This document shows positions 56,225 to 64,000 of a stretch of DNA of 64,000 nucleotides, piece after piece (position 1 is the first letter of the stretch; each line of letters begins with the position of its first letter). The DNA is taken from the NCBI RefSeq assembly GCF_006345805.1, contig NC_042997.1, positions 94,798,001-94,862,000 of the forward strand, read 5' to 3'. This DNA is from Octopus sinensis (lineage: Eukaryota). Position numbers and translations under genes: made by a program. The notes beneath the pieces are model-generated. The model searched no databases and was not told the origin of the DNA. It saw only the letters and a program-made list of their open reading frames with translations.

Positions 56225-56506
56225 ATCAGAGAAATGAGCCCCACGAAGTGGAGTGGTTACTGCAGCGATTATCGCTGGCTGTTCTCCGCGGCAACGCCAT
56301 CGCGGTCATGACTACGGGGATTGGCTGAAGACACCAATCGTTCTTGGTGTACGTGGCACCTCGGACCTCCCTTGTTCTACCGCTGTTTTATCCCTACCCA
56401 CTTTTTCCTTTTCTTTCTATACTTTTCTTATCTCTTTTCTTCCTCGTGTCTTTCTATTTAAATGTTCTAATAAAATCATTCGACCAATCGAAAAAAAAAA
56501 AAAAAG
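56225..56506 (+). mobile_element. CRE-clade retrotransposon 3' end with poly(A)
   Basis: RNEPHEVEWLLQRLSLAVLRGNAIAVM*, then a T-rich UTR, AATAAA (~56469) and an A-tract at 56492-56506. Confidence 0.75.
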
Positions 56507-56838
56507 AGAAAAATGGAATAAACGAAACCAGTAGTTTATATTTGTCGGTATAAAAGCCGAATACGTTCTTTAAGTTATATTCTGTTACCTTCATGCTAAT
56601 TTTATTTCTAAAACTAATCCCAGCTTGAATATATTTCCTGAAGAATCCAAGTTTACATTTTGAGCGGAAAATTAACATGCATTTAGCATTGTATTTGATA
56701 CGTTCTCTAGATCCTAAAAGTTACGTACAGTTTGGTTTTTCTAATTTTAGTTGGGGTGCTAGTTCTTTTTTCATTTACGTTTACGTTGTGATGGGTAATA
56801 AGATGATCATTTTATATGCTTCTGTTCTATTTTGGTAA

Positions 56839-57052
56839 TAGAGGTGCTGAAAAGTTCCTGACTTTGGTAAAGGACAATACAGGAGGATCAGTTACTAATG
56901 ATTGTATTCAACATAGCCCCCTCTTAGATCCACATACCGATTGCAGCGGTCCTTCAGTTTTTCTAAGCTTCGTAAAAAACAAAGACGGTTGAGTCTCCAA
57001 CAAGGTCTTTCGGGATACCTTTATAGTCAGGAAATTTTCATCACACCCTCGT
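56839..57052. mobile_element. Mariner-derived MITE
   Basis: Imperfect TIRs gaggtgctgaaaagttcctgact / agtcaggaaattttcatcacaccctcg. No coding capacity. Confidence 0.7.
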
Positions 57053-57658
57053 GTGAATTTGAGAATTTGAGAATGTCGTGAGTCGCTTGTGTTGTCAGCA
57101 ATGGTGATTATTTAAGAAATAATTATGGAAGAGGATGTTGTGATTTTAGAAGCATAGATTCGTTATGGCCATCTGTATATCATATCTAATATAGATACAT
57201 CATGAAAAAGCACATTTACCGCATGTTTTTCCCGATTGTTATCCAGTGAGGCGACTAATTGCAACACCAGCGATTATTTATACGCTGTTTTCTCATACCA
57301 ATAGCAATGAATTTTGTGTCAGCATGAGGTTGTCTGAGGACATGCTAACAACAACTTCAATGAGGCAGAAATGTGCATCTAGTTATTTCATCACGACTAC
57401 TGGGCAATTTTCGTTTCCTAGTGATATATTTGTGTTCTAAAATAGTACAGCCATAAGAGATGTTATTTCAGAACTACTATTGCAATAAATTTCTTTTTCG
57501 CGATGTATCCACATTAAGTGTAATACATCGATGTCTTATTATTTAGAAAAAAATGACCCAATTTAAAACATCCAAGTTTCTTAATAATGTGTGTGTGTGT
57601 GTGTGCGCGCGCAAATCGTTTTTGGTTATGAATGAAAATATATGCCTATATATGCATG

Positions 57659-57695
<37 letters not shown>

Positions 57696-57701
57696 GATAT
57701 A

Positions 57702-57795
<94 letters not shown>

Positions 57796-57849
57796 ATTAT
57801 TGGTGAATTGAAGAAATGGAGCTGAACGCAGATTGAACAGAAATCGTTT

Positions 57850-57943
57850 TATTTCATTCTACACGTGTTTCGAAAGGCACAAATTACCAAAATCCGATTG
57901 AATAATGGGACCATATTGTGTCTTTCTCTTCAGGAAGAAAATA
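57850..57943 (-). ncRNA. Type-I hammerhead ribozyme (left arm)
   Basis: Reverse complement of the 58685-58778 motif. Confidence 0.8.
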
Positions 57944-58684
57944 GGAAATCCGTTGGAAAAACAAAAACAGAACAGAGGCGGAGCAAAAACAAATCTTTGT
58001 GTCTCCGAACTCTTCCATATTTTGTTTGCCAGAGGCCGGATGGTAAACGGGCTTTTACAGTCGGCTTTTCGATGCCCCCATTGGCGGCGTTACACTTATC
58101 TGGCTTTTAAATAGCGTTTATAAATAATACCGGGCACCCTAGCCTTGGTAACAAATTCTGAAATAGCTTTAAGATATCTACGATTAACCACTGCAAGGGG
58201 AATTACTCCTGTTAGACAACGGGGCTTGGTTTTTTCACAGCGGGGGGTTTCCTTGACAAGGCAGGCTTAGATGAACACACACACACATAAAACATAATAT
58301 ATATTTTTTTTTTCTGCCACCAACGGTTCTCGCGGCAGTAGCCACTGACAGCCGAACGATCAAACGCACACACGTACACAAAAAAAGTTTTCTACCCCTA
58401 CGCCAACACACACATATATAGAACAGTATACACACACACACGTCTCTAAGTAGATTTTTTCTCGCCCCTTATAAAACATCCTTAAATAGTCAGAACTTTA
58501 TTCTCGGTCACAAGAACACCCACACACCCTCACCCACATGATTGACCGATGCCTGACCGTTAAATTCTTCAGCCACCGGTTCTCAACATACACTGATAAG
58601 CAGTTTCGCCATGGGCTCTTAGGAGCATAGTTCGATTTGTTTTTGCTCCGCCTCTGTTTGTTTTTGTTTTTCCAACGGATTTCC

Positions 58685-58778
58685 TATTTTCTTCCTGAAG
58701 AGAAAGACACAATATGGTCCCATTATTCAATCGGATTTTGGTAATTTGTGCCTTTCGAAACACGTGTAGAATGAAATA
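58685..58778 (+). ncRNA. Type-I hammerhead ribozyme (right arm)
   Basis: tattttcttc-CTGAAGA(58695-58701)-gaaagacacaa..ttgtgcctttc-GAAA(58757-58760)-cacgtg-TA-gaatgaaata. Confidence 0.85.
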
Positions 58779-59008
58779 AAACGATTTCTGTTCAATCTGC
58801 GTTCAGCTCCATTTCTTCAATTCACCAATAATGTTTTAATTTCATTATCCGCACCAACGCACGGTTGCAACACCATATGGTTGTACCTCCAACCGTGCTG
58901 TTTACTGCTGTGATTTTTGCTACTAAGGTATCGGTGAAACTTTTGATTAATCTACTACAAGATTATTCATCTTTCTATTTCACATATATATATATATATA
59001 TGTGTGTG

Positions 59009-59089
<81 letters not shown>

Positions 59090-60184
59090 CACACATCGAA
59101 CTATGTAGTTGTGTATGTTATGTATCTATGCATCTATCTATCTTTTTATTCATGTGAACGTATGAGCTATGGTGACTGCTATCATTATATTATATATGCC
59201 GAATGCGTGTAACAAAAACACTGACGAAAAAATATAAACGAATACATTGACCTGAAGCATCCATTACTTGTTCGGTAAAATGTATCAGCTTTTCCCATTG
59301 CACATGCAAATAAAGTTAGCGTAGTACTAATTTTACTTTCAGAAACCTTACATTTCCCATGCATTTGGTTGTTTTGGTTTATGGATAATCTATTATGTGC
59401 ATATAAATAAGTCTACTGGATATAATCTGCAGTTTTATGAAGACAGAACACATATATTAAAATTTATTGACATCTTTTCTCTTAAGACTGACGATCATTT
59501 ATACATATTAAAAATGTATTTTCCACTCCTTGCAACCATCATTATCGACAGTGCACGAAAGAAAATATTGTGCAATTGCTTTCCGGCTTTCCGTCCCTTT
59601 AATTTCTCTGTGCAAATCGGAATAGAAGATAATTTACCATAAAAGACACATGATAAAGACTAGCGTTGGATCAAAAGAAAAAGTACTTGTTTCACAATAA
59701 ATCTTTGGTAGCTTGTTCGTGTTAGGGGAAAACTGCCAGTATATTGTTAGATTATTCCTCCTGACAGCTTCTCTCAATACGAACTGTCACGTTAAGGGCA
59801 ATTTCAGGGAGAACTTAAACAAGAATATTTAAGTCGTTTGCTTTAAACAAATATATTACTAACAAATTGAAATTTTCAGTTTATTTACACTACTTTAGAA
59901 TTCAAATTGGTAAAGGGTAATACTAGACTGAACCAATATAGAAAATTCAGTGAATCTAGCGTTAATTAGTATAATAGTTGATGGCACCACTAAGTTATCA
60001 TTCCATAGAGATAAAGTTTTCAGAACTGCTACATGCTACTGTAAGTCGGGAATGAGGAGTGGTTTCAGTGAGCAGTCAGTGAACATCGAGGATTCCTTAT
60101 AAGAGAGCTTGTTCCTTCCTCCGTTCAACTTAGATGCATCTGCTAACAAAAATATAAAATGTTATCATTAATGGATATAGGTTT

Positions 60185-60337
60185 AGGAGTGGCTGTGTGA
60201 TAAGTACCTCGCCTACCAACCACATGGTTCCGGGTTCAGTCCCACAGCGTGGCACCTTGGGCAAGTATCTTCTACTATAGCCTCGGGCCGACCAAAGCCT
60301 TGATAGACAGAAACTGAATGAAGCCCGTCGTATATAA

Positions 60338-60411
<74 letters not shown>

Positions 60412-60660
60412 CGTGTGTGTGTCTGTGTCTGTGTGTATGTGTGTGTGTGTGTGTGTTTGTGTGTCTGTGTTTGTCCCCCAACATCGCTTGACAACCGATC
60501 CTGGTGTGTTTACGACCCCGTAACGTAGCGGTTCGGCAAAAGAGACCGATAGAATAAGTACTAGGCGTACAAAGAATAAGTCCTGGGGTGGATTTGCTCG
60601 ACTAAAAGCGGTGCTCCAGCATGACCACAGTCAAATGACTGAAACAATTAAAAGAGTAAA
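60185..60660 (+). mobile_element. tRNA-headed SINE with internal (TA)n(TG)n microsatellite
   Basis: ggagtggctgtgtg..ccgggttcagtcccac..ccttgggcaagt head and a tail ..ccagcatgaccacagtcaaatgactgaaac. Fragments of the same family at ~34845-35100, 62795-63060 and 63600-63650. Confidence 0.85.
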
Positions 60661-60704
60661 AAAATAAGAGTAACGTTATCCTTAATGGTAATTTTGTTTG
60701 CCAT

Positions 60705-62400
60705 TTAAACACGCCTATCTATTTGTTCTTCCCTCATTTATTAGTGTTCTTATTCTAACTCATGTCCATTGTCCGAAAATCTTTAGTCTCACATCTGTGA
60801 CTAATTCAGAGGCAATTTTTGTCTTCGTGTGTGCTCTGGTTCCACACATTTCCTACTGCTCTTCTATGATGTGTATCAGTATGTGCGCATGGTTCTGTGT
60901 CCGTGGTTGTGTGTATGTGTGTCTGTGCTTGTGCGTGTGTCATTGCTCTTAGTAGCAGTATGACCTTTCCCTCAGCCCCAGCCTCTCCCCACGTTGCCGC
61001 TACTGCTGTGCTAGGTCCCCAAAATTTGGTACAGTTCCTGTTCACTCTATGATTTTGTGTTCCATCGCGGTGCTGTCATCGTGGTAGTTGTTGTTGTTAT
61101 TGCCATCATTTTCCCGCGCCTGTCTATATTGTGTGCATTACGCTGTTTGTATCTGCGTCTTATTTATTATTATTTTTTCTCTCTTCTTATCCCTTCAATC
61201 TTTAGTCATGTCGTGAGTGTTATTGTTCCATTCGTGTTTTCTATTGAAGCTCGGTTTGTCTACTGCTACGTGTGTAGCCTCTGTGATCTAAGTATCGTGC
61301 CAGTTCTTTTCATCGATAATACTTTAACTTCTATGCTATCAATCGAGCCTCCATGTTCTGCATGAGCATGTTGGTAGAGCACTGACGAGATTTTCTCGTC
61401 TTTGGGCTCTCGTCAGTGACCACCTATACTCTTCTCCATGGTACGTGCAGTTTCTGCAATGTAACTAGTTGTAGACATTGGAGAGACTGCACTCAGCATA
61501 GGAGAACGCAGAGGTGGACATTGGCGAGATCTTAAAGAAGAGAAAGGCTTGTAAATTATCTACCAGCATGCTCATGCAGAACATGGAAGCTCGATTAATA
61601 GTATTATCGACGTATAGAACTGACACAACACTTAGACAGATCACAAAGGCTACACACATAGCAGTAGACAGACCGAACCTCACAAAAAAACACGAATGGA
61701 ACAATAACACCCACTACTACACCACACCACATGAGTAAAGACAGAAGGGAGGAGAAGAGAAAGCGAACAAATAATAATAAATAGAAACATACAAACAAGG
61801 TAATACACACACAATACATAGATATGCAGATACCTGTGATACACATAAGAAATAAAGATAGACAAATAAAATAAATAAATATATTTGTCACATACTTGTG
61901 ATAAATATAACAAATAGAGATAGATAAAAAGAAATAATTAAATAAAACTATATAAATGGCATGAATACAAATACATAATAAGCGAACCCATATACAGACA
62001 CAAACACACACTTTAACTTTAGAGACGGCCGCAACAGTTTCAAAAACACGATTAACAACGATAGCAGCAGCGAAAATGGGGGAGAGGATAGGGCTGAGGG
62101 GAAGGTCATACTGCTACTAAGATCAATGACACACATACACACAGACACACTAACACACAAACACAAACACAAACACACACATACACACACACACACACAC
62201 AGCGCGCGCGCGCATGCTCCCATAAGGATACACATCGTAGAAAAGCAGAATGGAGTAAGTGGAGCAAGAGCTCATACGAAGATGAAAAGTGTCACTGAAG
62301 AGGCCACAGATGTTTGACAAAAGATTTTCAGACAATGGACATTAGTTAGAATAAGAACAGTAATAAACGAGCGAAGGCCAAATATATAGCGTGTTTATCC
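60705..62400. mobile_element. Head-to-head inverted pair of Naiad-like PLE 3' ends (GIY-YIG C-terminus + UTR + decayed HHR)
   Basis: Left arm (minus) YIAETART..LYQHAHAEHGGSIDSIEVKVLS..EATH..FNRKHEW. Right arm (plus) DIGETALSIGER..YQHAHAEHGS..RQITKATH..KHEW. Centre aactagtt at 61463-61470. Homologous to 49050-49317. Confidence 0.85.
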
Positions 62401-62443
62401 CACCTCCCGCCCAAAAATAGATACCAGCCCAAAATACAATATA

Positions 62444-62476
<33 letters not shown>

Positions 62477-62727
62477 GATATATGCGTTATGCGTGTGCTT
62501 CTGTCTGCATGTAAGCATACATGTATGTCCCTATGTGCGTGCGAGTGTTTGCATGTGTATATACGCTTGCATATATATGTGTAAGTGTGTATGTAGGACA
62601 AAAGCCCCATAGTTAAGGTGTGAAAGTGGACAAAACTCCACGGTATATTTTACGATTTCTTTTCGTTTTTCCCAACGTTTACTTATTTCAGTCATTAAAC
62701 TGCGGCTACGTATACACACACACACAC

Positions 62728-62798
<71 letters not shown>

Positions 62799-63109
62799 GA
62801 AGGGTTTCTTTCTCTTTCGTCTACCAAATCCACTCAGAATGCTATGGTAGAAGACACTTGTCCCACGGTTATCTTCAACTTTACAATTTTTATTTGTTTT
62901 TTCCTTTTTACTTGCTACAGTTATTAGAGTGCAGCCAATTTTTTTTAGTCGAATGCATCGACACTATAATTCTTTTTTATATTTTTACTTGTTGCAGTTA
63001 TAAGACTGGTACCATGCTGGGGCAAGGCTTTGAAGAATTTTTGGTCGAATGTAACGACGCTAGAAATTTTTTAATGATTTTCAACCAGCGCATGAAGTTT
63101 AGCCTAGAA

Positions 63110-63523
63110 GAGCTGGCAGAAACGTTAGCACGCCGGGCGAAATGCTTAGCAGTATTTCGTCTGCCGCTATGTTCTGAGTTCAAATTCCGCCGAGGTCGAC
63201 TTTGCCTTTCATCCTTTCGGGGTCGATTAAATAAGTACCAGTTACGCACAGGGGTCGATATAATCGACTTAATCCGTTTGTCTGTCCTTGTTTGTCCTCT
63301 CTGTGTTTAGCCCTTTGTGGGCAGTAAAGAAATAGGTATTTCGTCTGCCGCTACGTTCTGAGTTCAAGTTCCGCCGAGGTCGACTTTGCCTTTCATCCTT
63401 TCGGGGTCGATTAAATAAGTACCAGTTACGCACTGGGGTCGATATAATCGACTTAATCCGTTTGTCTGTCCTTGTTTGTCCTCTCTGTGTTTAGCCCCTT
63501 GTGAGTAGTAAAGAAATAGGTAT
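63110..63523 (+). mobile_element. tRNA-headed SINE with two tandem 184-bp body units
   Basis: Head gagctggcagaaacgttagcacgccgggcg. Unit gtatttcgtctgccgct..gagttcaa..aagaaatag starts at 63152 and 63336. Confidence 0.9.
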
Positions 63524-64000
63524 CTCCGCATGCTAGAAACGAGAGCCAAATTTCTTGAAATTTTTATAACCTCCTCGGTTTTTTATATTTTCTAAAATCT
63601 TTTTTACTTGTCATTGGATTGCAGCCATGCTGGGGCACTACCTTGAAAAATTTTTCCTCGCAGAAACATCCACATTTTAAAGTATTTTTTAAATGACTTT
63701 TGTTTTCTTCTCTCAGCGCTTACAGATTAATGAGCATAAGTTGACATTTCGAACTTTCTCCGGCCGTTGAAAGTGTAACAGGAGGCTATTCATTCAAACG
63801 TACTTATTATTATTTGTCTAAATAGGGTGATGGATGTTTCTTCATAAAAATGACAAATTCTGGTTTTTGGGAAGATAAAACATTCCAGAGACGTGTGTTA
63901 TATTTACTTTCATTTTATGTGTGTATATACAGTCATTCAAGCGCACTTCTTATTGTATTTATGTCTCCACACATTTCTTGAAGTAAATGTTTTCCCTTTT

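Larger units (their letters stand above)
57796..58983. mobile_element. Non-coding fold-back element with ~200-bp inverted pLTR-like arms, each with an intact hammerhead
   Basis: Arms 57796-57995 and 58635-58832 are almost identical. The right arm extends as a unique tail to ~58983. (TA)n on both sides. Confidence 0.88.

Noticed and set aside
61386-61400. In-frame TGA in the left PLE arm as selenocysteine
   Set aside because: It aligns with TGG (Trp) in the other two copies, so it is ordinary decay.

Overview
AT-rich, microsatellite-laden eukaryotic non-coding DNA. The repeat content (tRNA-headed SINEs with embedded TA/TG tracts; RTE, Dong/R4, CRE and Tx1 LINE relics; Tc1/mariner; many Penelope-like elements) resembles an octopus/cephalopod genome, which is inference from remembered repeat families. 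I see no intact recognisable host gene, and nearly all ORF-track entries are microsatellite translations or transposon debris. The dominant unexplained structure is a series of fold-back (head-to-head) insertions. Together with the Penelope-like UTRs they carry about ten minimal type-I hammerhead ribozyme (HHR) motifs. The most striking is 24014-24598: a Pol III tRNA head + (TAA)n + HHR tail unit, present as an inverted dimer inside one 14-bp target duplication. It is a candidate SINE mobilised by Penelope-like machinery. Other items: a tandem duplication with four serial microhomology-bounded deletions (34134-36110), an RTE LINE ending in three C2H2-like fingers, a Naiad-like PLE ORF, and a weak phase-compatible three-exon gene candidate on the minus strand. 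All alignments and folds were done by eye and need computational confirmation.
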